From assembly GCA_964508365.1 (NCBI GenBank), contig CAZDTP010000008.1:1-64000 (forward strand): a DNA stretch of 64,000 bases, given 5' to 3'. The notes under the pieces are model-generated. The model saw only the letters and a program-made list of their open reading frames with translations. It did not search any database and was not told where the DNA came from. The position numbers and the translations under genes are program-made. This DNA is from an uncultured archaeon. GTDB taxonomy: Archaea > Asgardarchaeota > Lokiarchaeia > Sigyniarchaeales > SOKP01. Positions 8,911 to 18,332 of this stretch are shown piece after piece. The stretch's first letter is position 1; each line of letters starts with the position of its first letter.

Positions 8911-10083
8911 TTACGTATAAAATTCAAGTCCCGCTTTTGCACCCATCAATAAGAAATCTACCATAGTTCCATTATAGTCATTTTCGATCTTATAGTACAT
9001 TCCATCTGGTGTGAAAGTTACACCATAAATGAACTTATGAACATCGCTTTGGAAAGGAGATTCCTCAACAAATTTCTGTATTAATGGGTGAAAATGAACT
9101 GGAACTTCTTTGACATCATGGCATGCTACACCAAAACATAATCGTTCAATTTTTTCAGAATCCCAGCTAAAAGTAAAGTTAAGGTGTGCAGCATTACAAC
9201 AACTCTCCATTATTTCTCTAGATACTGACTTAAATCCCAGGTCCTCCACAAGAGTTTTACACTTCTCATAAGTAGCTGTAGAAGTATCCTTTACCATGAA
9301 ATAAATGTTTGTTGTATTTTTCAAGAAATCAAAAGCAAATAGCGCTAATGTAGTTAAACTATGTTTTTTGAAGTAGGTTTCATATTTTTTAATACTTTCA
9401 GGGATATATTTCATCAAAAAAAGCGGATTGATTGATCCTGGTATGATGAAAGGCCAAATTTTTGAGAATCCTTTCCGCGCATCTATATCGACTCCATAGC
9501 CCATAATATCAAATGTATCCAATGTCTCTAAAATCATTTTATGGATAGGATGCCCATTTTTTTCAATTAATCCTTCATTTAAAGCTATTTTATAAGGATC
9601 AGGATTATGGGGGATCATCATTTCCACGTATCTTACGGATACATCCCTTCTTTCAACTGGTTTTGTTGTGGTTCTAATTGAAAGAGAGGAACCAGAATAA
9701 AATTCCTTGAATGCATTTAACGCTTTCCAAATAGCTTCTTCATTAAAATTCACTTCAGTAAGGATACAAAGTTTTTGAATATCCTTAACCATCTGATTAA
9801 GATCATTATTAAGTTTGAATTTGGAATTCACTTTTGGTAAATATAAATCGACATCAACCCCAAGAGTTTTCAAATCCTCAATCATGGTTGGTTGAAAAGC
9901 TGGTGGCGTAACTTCAAACAGCGCAACAACGAGATCCATTTCAGTTACAGATTTTCCATTTCGTTCCATACATTTTTTTTCTGATGTTTCAAGAAGCATA
10001 GGCCTTATAACAGGTCTAATCATTTCTGGAATTTTTAAAACCATGTCTTCGTATAATACTTTATGTTTTGGTTGCCAATTCAT
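8911..10083 (-). CDS. ABBA-type soluble aromatic prenyltransferase (NphB/CloQ-like) with N-terminal ~80-aa helical module
   Basis: NphB/CloQ-like motifs in the expected order: DPY..AL.EGL...GHP, YGVD...KGFSKIW, FDF.K.TTNIYF, SWDSEKIERLCFGV, IYGVTFTP..MYYKIENDY. Confidence 0.85.
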   Translation of the reverse strand: MNWQPKHKVLYEDMVLKIPEMIRPVIRPMLLETSEKKCMERNGKSVTEMDLVVALFEVTPPAFQPTMIEDLKTLGVDVDLYLPKVNSKFKLNNDLNQMVKDIQKLCILTEVNFNEEAIWKALNAFKEFYSGSSLSIRTTTKPVERRDVSVRYVEMMIPHNPDPYKIALNEGLIEKNGHPIHKMILETLDTFDIMGYGVDIDARKGFSKIWPFIIPGSINPLFLMKYIPESIKKYETYFKKHSLTTLALFAFDFLKNTTNIYFMVKDTSTATYEKCKTLVEDLGFKSVSREIMESCCNAAHLNFTFSWDSEKIERLCFGVACHDVKEVPVHFHPLIQKFVEESPFQSDVHKFIYGVTFTPDGMYYKIENDYNGTMVDFLLMGAKAGLEFYT

Positions 10084-10160
10084 TTTCTGTTTTACCTTTT
10101 TACATAATTTTAGTTTTAACTTTCTTTAAATCATACTATTTAACTTTTCTATGAACAATT

Positions 10161-11570
10161 TTATTGCTTATTTTCAATTATTTCAATTTCTTCCTTTTCA
10201 ATACTTTCCACTTCATGGTCATGATCATTTTCATGCCAACAAAATGGAAATGAACCAAAGAAGTCACCTGTAATATATTCTGCTGTTACTCTACAACCAC
10301 CGCCACAATACTCTAAATGATGACATGAAGCACACTTTCCCTTAATCTTTTTTCTATCTCGAATATCCTTGTAGAGCTGTGAATTTAATACATCTTCAAA
10401 ATTATCCACTAATGCGTTTCCTAGCGTCAATGTTGTAGGATATCCGGTGGGGTATATTGTTCCATCTATACCAATACCCATCATCGTTCGGCAAGCCAGA
10501 CATCCTACACCCCATTCAATTGCAGCCATTTCTTTATCGTTTTTAGGTGATTCCATAAATGGTACCATTTCATATATTTCATAAGCAGGTAATGTTCCCG
10601 ATTTGCCTTTTCTTATCGTTTCAATGGCGTGTTTGTATTTAAAATCGTACATCTTTTTGTATTCTTCCGTATTGAGGCCAATTTCACCCCAGAATTCAGC
10701 CGCTCGATTTTGTTTAACAACGCATCTAAAATATGGTTGAGAACCCCATTTTTCCGATAATACTTTGAGCTCTTCTAACTCGTTTATGTTATGTTTCATG
10801 ACAGTGATTGAAGAACATACAAAAATTCCATATTTTAAACATAAATCTATTGCCTTCTTAGCATAACCTAAAGAATTGGGAAACCCACGAATTTCATCAT
10901 TTTTCTTGGGATTTACACTATCAAAACTTACAAATACATGACTAATATTATTCTCCTTGCACATTTTGGCGAAATTCTCGTTAAAACTGACACCATTGGT
11001 TATTAAAGCATGGATGTAATCCTTCTCTTTGCAAAATTTCATGATTTCACCGATATCTTTACGTAAAGTAGGTTCACCACCGAACCATACGAAACAAGCA
11101 TGCCTACCTTGATTTCGCAAACCGGTTTCAACATTTTCTATAATCTGACACCACTGTTCGGTTGATAATTCTGGTCGGGCTATTTGATCATCTGCTGCAC
11201 AATGAATACATTTTTGATTACATATATCGGTAATATACAAAGCAAAATGTATGTTTCCTGGATGAAAACCTCTTTCAAGTTTATCCCATGAAACTTTTAG
11301 TCTATCCTTAATTTCCTTAAGTTCAATGTAGCGTTCTACATCTATATCTAACGATTTAAGATCCTCAACCATTATAGGCTTAAATGCTTCAGGGATAATG
11401 TCAAATATTCCTGTGACCACATCAGCGTCATTGATATAAGCGCCATTTCGCTCGAGGCATCTTTTTTCAGCAGCTTTTATCATCTGAGGTTCAACTGAAG
11501 GACGGAAACCTTGAGGCATTTGTTCTACTATTCTACCGAATAAATCTTTAGTTTCTTTTTCCCATTCCAT
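10161..11570 (-). CDS. Radical SAM/SPASM protein B with N-terminal helical module
   Basis: CNQKCIHC, GGEP, GCLACR and CASCHHLEYCGGGCR; RBS GGTGA. Confidence 0.9.
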   Translation of the reverse strand: MEWEKETKDLFGRIVEQMPQGFRPSVEPQMIKAAEKRCLERNGAYINDADVVTGIFDIIPEAFKPIMVEDLKSLDIDVERYIELKEIKDRLKVSWDKLERGFHPGNIHFALYITDICNQKCIHCAADDQIARPELSTEQWCQIIENVETGLRNQGRHACFVWFGGEPTLRKDIGEIMKFCKEKDYIHALITNGVSFNENFAKMCKENNISHVFVSFDSVNPKKNDEIRGFPNSLGYAKKAIDLCLKYGIFVCSSITVMKHNINELEELKVLSEKWGSQPYFRCVVKQNRAAEFWGEIGLNTEEYKKMYDFKYKHAIETIRKGKSGTLPAYEIYEMVPFMESPKNDKEMAAIEWGVGCLACRTMMGIGIDGTIYPTGYPTTLTLGNALVDNFEDVLNSQLYKDIRDRKKIKGKCASCHHLEYCGGGCRVTAEYITGDFFGSFPFCWHENDHDHEVESIEKEEIEIIENKQ

Positions 11571-11585
11571 TAAAATTCACCAATT

Positions 11586-12950
11586 TTAGCAATTTTCATG
11601 TTTATGATCGTTTTTATGCCAGCAAAATGGAAGAGAAGCTAAAAAATCACCAGTTTCGTTTTCGGCATGGACTCTACATCCTCCTCCGCACATATCAAGA
11701 TGATGGCAAGTAGAACATTTTCCTTTTATTTTCCTATCCCTGATAGCTTTGAACATTTCGGTTTCCATAATCTCCCCCCAGCTTTGCTCAAGAATGTTGC
11801 CTAAGATTAAATCAGAGGGATAATCGCAAGGGAATACATCTCCATTGGTATCAATTCCGGAAATTGAGCGGCAAGCTTGACATCCTGTGCCCCATTCAAT
11901 TGCAGTCCTTTCCTCATCATTCCTAGGACACTCCATGAATGGCACCATATCCCATGTATAGAATTTATTGAGAGAAGAAGCTTCCCCTTTTCTGATAGCC
12001 TCTATAGCGTGTTTATATTTGAAATCATAGAATTGCCGATATTCATCTATATTTAAGCCGATTTCGTCCCAATTTAAATCCGCGGAACGCTGTTTGATCA
12101 GGGGTCTGTAAAAGGGAGTTACGCCCCTAGATTGGAAATATTCCCTTAACTTATCTAATTCATCGAAGTTCTCTTTTTGTGCAGTTACATTAGCAATGGT
12201 AAAAAGCCCATATTTTGCAGCTAAATCTAACGCTTTTTCGGCCGCTTCGTATGCTTTTGGATACCCTCTAATTTTTGCAGCCCGTTTAGGATCCGTACTA
12301 TCATAACTAATAAAGACATGGCTCATTTTAGCTTCTGCGCATATTTTCGCCAGTGCATCATTAAACAAAATTCCATTTGTTGCAAGTGCTTGATAATAGC
12401 CCTTTTCACCGCAATATTTTATTAAATCTTTAAGATCCTTGCGAATAGTAGGTTCTCCTCCAAACCATATATAACACCCTTGACGACCTCGTTTTCGTAA
12501 GCTTTGCTCAAGATCCTCAATAATTTCGATCCAGGTTTCCGTAGGAAATTCTGGACGTTTTTCCATCACAGCGGCAGCACAATGGAGACAATTTTGGTTG
12601 CATCGATCCGTTAGATATATAGTAAAGTGGTAAACACCAGGTAGAAAAGCACCACTAATTTCGTCCCATGTACGCGCAAATTTTTGTCGAATTTCAGAAA
12701 GTTTGATATAACGATCGGTATCGATTCCAATGGTTTTTAAATCTGCTACAACTGTAGGCTGAAACGCTTCGGGTGTGATTTGAAATAGAGCTGATAACAA
12801 ATCATCTCTACTTACAAATCCAGAATTCCTAAGCGTTGCTGTTTTTTCAGCAGCTTCACGTAACATTAGCTTTACTGAAGCACGAAACCCTTCAGGTGTT
12901 AAATCAGTAATCTTCATATATAAATCTTCAATTTCTTTATTCCATTCCAT
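11586..12950 (-). CDS. Radical SAM/SPASM protein A with N-terminal helical module
   Basis: CNQNCLHC, GGEP, GCQACR..FPC and CSTCHHLDMCGGGCR; ATG at 12950 after RBS GGTGA. Confidence 0.9.
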   Translation of the reverse strand: MEWNKEIEDLYMKITDLTPEGFRASVKLMLREAAEKTATLRNSGFVSRDDLLSALFQITPEAFQPTVVADLKTIGIDTDRYIKLSEIRQKFARTWDEISGAFLPGVYHFTIYLTDRCNQNCLHCAAAVMEKRPEFPTETWIEIIEDLEQSLRKRGRQGCYIWFGGEPTIRKDLKDLIKYCGEKGYYQALATNGILFNDALAKICAEAKMSHVFISYDSTDPKRAAKIRGYPKAYEAAEKALDLAAKYGLFTIANVTAQKENFDELDKLREYFQSRGVTPFYRPLIKQRSADLNWDEIGLNIDEYRQFYDFKYKHAIEAIRKGEASSLNKFYTWDMVPFMECPRNDEERTAIEWGTGCQACRSISGIDTNGDVFPCDYPSDLILGNILEQSWGEIMETEMFKAIRDRKIKGKCSTCHHLDMCGGGCRVHAENETGDFLASLPFCWHKNDHKHENC

Positions 12951-13043
12951 TTTTTTCACCTTTTTTTAAATTTAAGCTCGTAAAAAATTTTATTTTATTA
13001 TATAAAATTATAATGAAATCAGTAAAAAATCGATATTTCATTA

Positions 13044-13724
13044 TTATCTTCCCTCCAACCGATGGATGTTATCGTTAAAATCAGAGAATATACTATTGTT
13101 TTTGGAAGGAAGGTGATTATTAGTCGAAAATTTTTGAAAAATAGAAGCAGTATTTTTATATTGGATATTTTTCTTGCTAGAATTATGTAAGTAATTAAGT
13201 TTATCATGTTTCATCTTAATTATACTACTGGAATATCCACGCTTACTGTTAAATTGATTGGTGTTGATTCTACTCTTCTGATAAAAGTTAAATTCAACAG
13301 AATTCTCATTGATTATAGTACCTGAATCATTTTTCAAGCCTATTATTAAATTTGAATTTAGAGATGATTCTTCTAGTGTTCCTTCAATCTCAAGAATATA
13401 TGGTTCTGCATATATTTCTAAATAATTTTTTATTAAGAATGCATTCACATAATACTGATAACCGATTCTTTCAATGAAAGCAATGATATTAATAATAATA
13501 ATAATGTCAATCAAATGACCCGTAGAGAAGTGGAAAATGATATTGCTATTGGGAAGAAAAGGAAGGAAAAGTGAGGAATTAGAATTGAAATAATCATTGA
13601 ATAAAGAATTTAGCAATGAAAAATCTCTAAAAAACATATAAATTAATGTAATTGGAACACTCGCTAAAAAAAAGAGGATTATTAGTATTCTTTTTAATAA
13701 GCTAATCTTTTGAGTAGAATGCAT
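13044..13724 (-). CDS. Hypothetical protein with two N-terminal TM segments
   Basis: 226-aa ORF with hydrophobic N-terminus and Asn/Ser-rich tail; no family recognised. Confidence 0.4.
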   Translation of the reverse strand: MHSTQKISLLKRILIILFFLASVPITLIYMFFRDFSLLNSLFNDYFNSNSSLFLPFLPNSNIIFHFSTGHLIDIIIIINIIAFIERIGYQYYVNAFLIKNYLEIYAEPYILEIEGTLEESSLNSNLIIGLKNDSGTIINENSVEFNFYQKSRINTNQFNSKRGYSSSIIKMKHDKLNYLHNSSKKNIQYKNTASIFQKFSTNNHLPSKNNSIFSDFNDNIHRLEGR

Positions 13725-13910
13725 AACACTAGAATTTTTTTTTAATGGATATTTTATCTTTCAATCATAACTTCATGTTGATATATTTTAAATAATAAAT
13801 TAAAATAGCATTTAAAAATTTCGAATCAAATTAGGTAATCCATAAAAATTAGTGGAAAAAGAACTCTTCGAATCTAACAAATAACTTTCATATATTTTAT
13901 TAACAGAATT

Positions 13911-15410
13911 TCATAGTATCATTTTTTCTTTCTTTTCAGGAGACTTATTCCCTGTTGTCATCATTGTGAGTGCTGTAATTAAAAAGAGTAGTTTATTAAA
14001 GTAACTAATAGTAGCACTAGAAAATATTTTTGTATCGTAATTTATAGCATTATAAAAAAAAGACATTTTAGTTTGTTTAAAAAATTCTTTAAGTTGCGGA
14101 AATGAATTATATTTTAAATTTATTTCAAAAGATTTAGGAGATTCGTATGCTGGGGAACCTGGAAAAATATGAAAAGGTTCATTCATTATAGTAATAGGTT
14201 TTGATTTTGTTTTACCATATTTTAACACACTTTTAATAGCAAAATTAAAATCTTTTTGAACATCTAACCTAGTTTGGAATGGAAAACCAACCGTTAACCA
14301 AATTCTTAATGTCCTTCGGAATAAATTTGCATTTCTTATTAGGTCTTCAATTTGATTTTTTGGAAATTTAAATGTTGGATCGCATATTTTCGCTATTCTT
14401 TGATGAACTTTTGCAGACAAAGTTCTAGGAGAAATACTAACTGATGAAGATCTACGAGGAAAAGTCTTATAAAATATTTTCCACATTTCCTTAGGGAAAG
14501 GTAACCGCCAAATCTCTAGATCTCCGCCAATATCTAGTTTTTCTTTTTGAATCAAACCAAACAATGTTTTCCAATATTTGAGATTAGCCGGATAAGTGCC
14601 ATGCCCAAAAAATAAACTTGGAACTTTATACATATCTACTATAGATGTAATATCCTCAATTACTTTTTCAGGACTCATGAGAATGACTTCATTTCGACCT
14701 GCTAGGTGTTGTAAGGCTCTTTGACCTCCTCCACAAAAGGGACAGTTAAATGGACAACCTCTTCCTATTGGAAGATTGAAAGAGATTCCCATTATTTTTC
14801 TGCTACATTCAAAATATTGTTTTGCATTTTTTAGAATGGATGTGTTTGTAAAATTTAAATTATCTAATGTTTTTGCAGTGTAGGAAAGAGAATTAGTTTT
14901 TATATAGTTAGATGAGTTCCGATAAGAAAAATTGGGAACAGAATCTAAAGATTGATTCTTGTTAATATTTTGAACATACTTTAAAAGAGGGATCTCACCC
15001 TCTCCTCTTATTATTCCATCAATTGATTTGTAATCTTTTAAAATTTGAGTATGGAAATACGATGCACTAAACCCACCTAGTACTACTTTGGCATTAGGTT
15101 TTACTTCCTTTATGATTTTAGCAATCTCAATAGCTCCATGTGCATTATGTATCCAATGTAAATCTATTCCACATATTTTAAAATCAATAGTTTTAATATA
15201 GTCTATTAATGACCAATTAGGGTTTAAATATTGCTCTAAAGGATAATTTATTATTTTTACTCCAAAACCTTCTCTCTCAAGGAAATCAGCAATAGCAAAA
15301 ACCCCCATTGGAATAAAAATAAATGCAGTTCGAACAGATTTTGCTTTTTTATCATTATCTGGTTTTAGTACTCTAGGCGGATGAATGAAAATTACATCGT
15401 AACTTTTCAA
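13911..15410 (-). CDS. B12-binding radical SAM protein 1
   Basis: PMG, VVLGG..AS, IIRGEGE, GRGCPFNCPFC; lacks the usual GxES motif. Confidence 0.85.
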   Translation of the reverse strand: MKSYDVIFIHPPRVLKPDNDKKAKSVRTAFIFIPMGVFAIADFLEREGFGVKIINYPLEQYLNPNWSLIDYIKTIDFKICGIDLHWIHNAHGAIEIAKIIKEVKPNAKVVLGGFSASYFHTQILKDYKSIDGIIRGEGEIPLLKYVQNINKNQSLDSVPNFSYRNSSNYIKTNSLSYTAKTLDNLNFTNTSILKNAKQYFECSRKIMGISFNLPIGRGCPFNCPFCGGGQRALQHLAGRNEVILMSPEKVIEDITSIVDMYKVPSLFFGHGTYPANLKYWKTLFGLIQKEKLDIGGDLEIWRLPFPKEMWKIFYKTFPRRSSSVSISPRTLSAKVHQRIAKICDPTFKFPKNQIEDLIRNANLFRRTLRIWLTVGFPFQTRLDVQKDFNFAIKSVLKYGKTKSKPITIMNEPFHIFPGSPAYESPKSFEINLKYNSFPQLKEFFKQTKMSFFYNAINYDTKIFSSATISYFNKLLFLITALTMMTTGNKSPEKKEKMIL

Positions 15411-15544
15411 AATGACTACCAGAAAATTGGATCTAAGCTTTTTGTTAATTTAATTAAGATTTAAGATAATATTGAATAGAATTATTTAAATTATAGTTAA
15501 TATAGAGAAATTAAAATACTTTGTTTATTCCAATAAAATTTTAA

Positions 15545-15907
15545 TTGAAAATAATAATATCTTGTCCAAGTTGTGGTGCTCAATTAGAAATACCTAACCA
15601 AATTGTTTTTCAAAAATGTGGAAGTGAGCTTCCAGCTTTTTCCAAGAGTTCCGTATTAGCAAAAAGATATTCAGTTTCAACAGAAAATCACAAGATGCAT
15701 CAATTGCTGCAAAAATTAGTTATAATACCTGGTTTACGGCTTCTTTCAAAAAGATGCTTTGGATTTGGAATATTATCTAGAGTAAATAGCGGAAAAGCAA
15801 AGGAATTGGAACCTGAAAGTTCTATTTTGAAAGCGAGAAGTGCTTTGGGAGTAATAGGTCTTGTTATTAACTCCATCTTAGTGGTAACAGCAATTATATT
15901 GATATGA
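15545..15907 (+). pseudogene. Degenerate, internally deleted paralog of the 4.9-6.8 kb zinc-ribbon membrane genes
   Basis: CPSCG retained but the third Cys is lost (VFQKCG); SKRCF is joined directly to GFGILSR, skipping the first TM region. Confidence 0.55.
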
Positions 15908-15955
15908 AATTCACTATAGAATGAAAACTCAGTTCTAATTTTAAATAAAAAAAAA

Positions 15956-16807
15956 TTAAATTTTGTTCTTGATTTTTGTCCATACATAACCATGGACATC
16001 AAAAAGTATAAAAATCGCTATTGTACTAACTATTAGACAAAAAATGAGAAGATCCCAGGAAGTTGGAGGATGACCAAACAATGCAGTTAGATTGATAACA
16101 AAATTACTCAACCAAGGCCAAGTTCCCGGAAGTGGTTGTCCGTTTAAAAGGAAATAAAAAAAATCTTCAAGTGTACTGTATTGTAAAAGCGTTCCAGCAA
16201 TAAAAATATTCCAGCTTTGCCTTTTAGTGCCTCCACCTAATTTCCATCCAATAGCAAGAATTAGATAAAAGAATGCCATCAATAGCCCCCAAAAAGACAA
16301 ATAATACATTGTATTATCAACTGCACCCGCCCATAGATCATCAATTGCAAAATTCACAAGAATGCCTATAGGGATAATAATTACTACAAATAGAATTGCT
16401 ATTATTAGAATACGATGATTAACTCTCTTTGGTTGTAGAAAAAAAGCAGGAATTAATCCAAACAATGATAATTGTAAGTATAAAAAAAAGCCTGGTGGAT
16501 TTCCAAGAATTACATAAAATATAATTGGTATTCCATTAGCAATCAAGAATAAAATTAGAGCAATTATTAACCATTTTTTATCAGATTCTCCTCTTTCAAT
16601 TTCCTTATTACCTGCAAGATACATGAATCCAAGAGTTAAAATTATATTTAAACTTAATAAGCTTATAAGCCAAAAAAGCCGTATACCAATTCCTACGCTT
16701 GGATTCTCAGCAGCCCAATCTACCTCAGCTGTTATTATTATTAGAAGGATAAATATGGCAAGAACAATTAATTTAATTTTCCATGAATTAGATTTATTCT
16801 CAGACAT
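15956..16807 (-). CDS. Hypothetical multi-pass membrane protein
   Basis: About 8 hydrophobic segments; LEDFFYF and WPWL motifs; family not recognised. Confidence 0.7.
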   Translation of the reverse strand: MSENKSNSWKIKLIVLAIFILLIIITAEVDWAAENPSVGIGIRLFWLISLLSLNIILTLGFMYLAGNKEIERGESDKKWLIIALILFLIANGIPIIFYVILGNPPGFFLYLQLSLFGLIPAFFLQPKRVNHRILIIAILFVVIIIPIGILVNFAIDDLWAGAVDNTMYYLSFWGLLMAFFYLILAIGWKLGGGTKRQSWNIFIAGTLLQYSTLEDFFYFLLNGQPLPGTWPWLSNFVINLTALFGHPPTSWDLLIFCLIVSTIAIFILFDVHGYVWTKIKNKI

Positions 16808-17063
16808 AATGACTCATCACTTGTTTTTTATCTTTATTTTATTAATTTTATTTAAGTAATTAGGATAAACCTTTTGGTGTTTAAATATTATATAGCAATT
16901 AAAATTAATATAAAAGAAAATTTTTCATAATTATATTAAAATTTTTTATTTAGATAAAAAATATTAAACATTACAAGTTCTGAGTTAGGGGTAAATTAAT
17001 TAATAAATACAATAATTAGCATGAAAATGATAAATATGTGCTAAACTAAACGGAGAGTAAGAA

Positions 17064-18185
17064 TTGAAATCAAAAAATAAGGATTCAACGAATTTTCCCC
17101 TAAGTGGATATGCTGGTTATGGGATAACTAAATTTTTTTCCTCAGTTAAAAGACTTTCATATTTACTCGCAAGAATAGAAACGCTATTATCACATGATGA
17201 GATTAACGATCTTTCAATTGAAAGACCAATTTATATTGTTGGTCTTGCACGAGCGGGAACAACTATTATTCTAGAAATGTTAAGTAAACATCCCTTTTTA
17301 GCTTCGCATAAGTACAGACACTTTCTTATGCCATATTTCCCTCATAGGTTTAGTCGAATTATTGACCAGTCAAGATTTTTCACTAAACCTAGGGAACGTG
17401 TCCATAAGGATGGAATATTTGTCACCCGTGAAAGCCCTGAAGCTGTAGAAGAAATATTTTGGCAAGACTTCTTCACCAACAGTCATAATGAAGAAAATTC
17501 AAATATTTTAAGTAGGACTATGTCTAAACCCAAGTTTGAACAATTTTATCGAAATCATATACGAAAACTTCTATTAAATCAAAGATGTTCACGTTATTTG
17601 GCAAAAAATAATTACAATATAACCAGATTAGAATATTTAGATCGAATTTTTCCAAATGTTAAGTTTTTATTGATAATACGCAATCCAGTAAATCAAATCG
17701 CATCTTTAATTAAGCAAACAAGTCTTTTTAGAGAAATGGAAAAAGATAATCCTCTTTTAATTGATTGGCATAGAATAACTGGACATAGTGAGTTCGGTCA
17801 TTATCAAAAATGTATAAATACCGGCGACAATGAACTCATTCATAAAATTCGTAGATTATGGAAAAATGAAAAAACTTATGTAAAAGGTTGGGCTTATTAC
17901 TGGTCTTCAATATATGATTATGTAATGAATCTTCTTGAAACAAATAAGAAGATTAAAGAATCAACTCTTATTATCAGGTATGAAGATTTATGTGAAAATC
18001 CTGCAGAAATAATAGATAAAATACTTGAACATACTGAACTACCTTTAGATAATTTCGAGAAAATAAAAAAGTATTACATTAGACATCTTCATAAACCTAC
18101 ATATTATACTCCAAATTTTTCTAATCAAGAATTACTAGATATCTCTGAGATTACTAATAAAACAGCATCTCGATATGGATATTAA
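17064..18185 (+). CDS. PAPS-dependent sulfotransferase family protein
   Basis: 5'-PSB motif IVGLARAGTT, 3'-PB motif IIRNP...IAS, and IRYEDLC.NP. Confidence 0.85.
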   Translation: MKSKNKDSTNFPLSGYAGYGITKFFSSVKRLSYLLARIETLLSHDEINDLSIERPIYIVGLARAGTTIILEMLSKHPFLASHKYRHFLMPYFPHRFSRIIDQSRFFTKPRERVHKDGIFVTRESPEAVEEIFWQDFFTNSHNEENSNILSRTMSKPKFEQFYRNHIRKLLLNQRCSRYLAKNNYNITRLEYLDRIFPNVKFLLIIRNPVNQIASLIKQTSLFREMEKDNPLLIDWHRITGHSEFGHYQKCINTGDNELIHKIRRLWKNEKTYVKGWAYYWSSIYDYVMNLLETNKKIKESTLIIRYEDLCENPAEIIDKILEHTELPLDNFEKIKKYYIRHLHKPTYYTPNFSNQELLDISEITNKTASRYGY

Positions 18186-18332
18186 TGAGATAATGGAAAT
18201 ATTCGAATTAATACTAAAAGTTTAGCATTTAGATTAACCAGTAATCTTTTTTACTAAAAAATATACTCAATTGATATAACTTATAAATATAATGTATTTG
18301 CTTCATAATTACAGATAAAATAATTGATGGTT

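Noticed and set aside
6850-13207. RiPP cluster interpretation of the rSAM/SPASM pair
   Set aside because: No precursor-peptide ORF found in or beside the operon (gaps 15-77 bp; 13019-13207 looks like an AT-rich shadow ORF); PTase and SCP2 point to a lipophilic small molecule. A distant precursor cannot be excluded.
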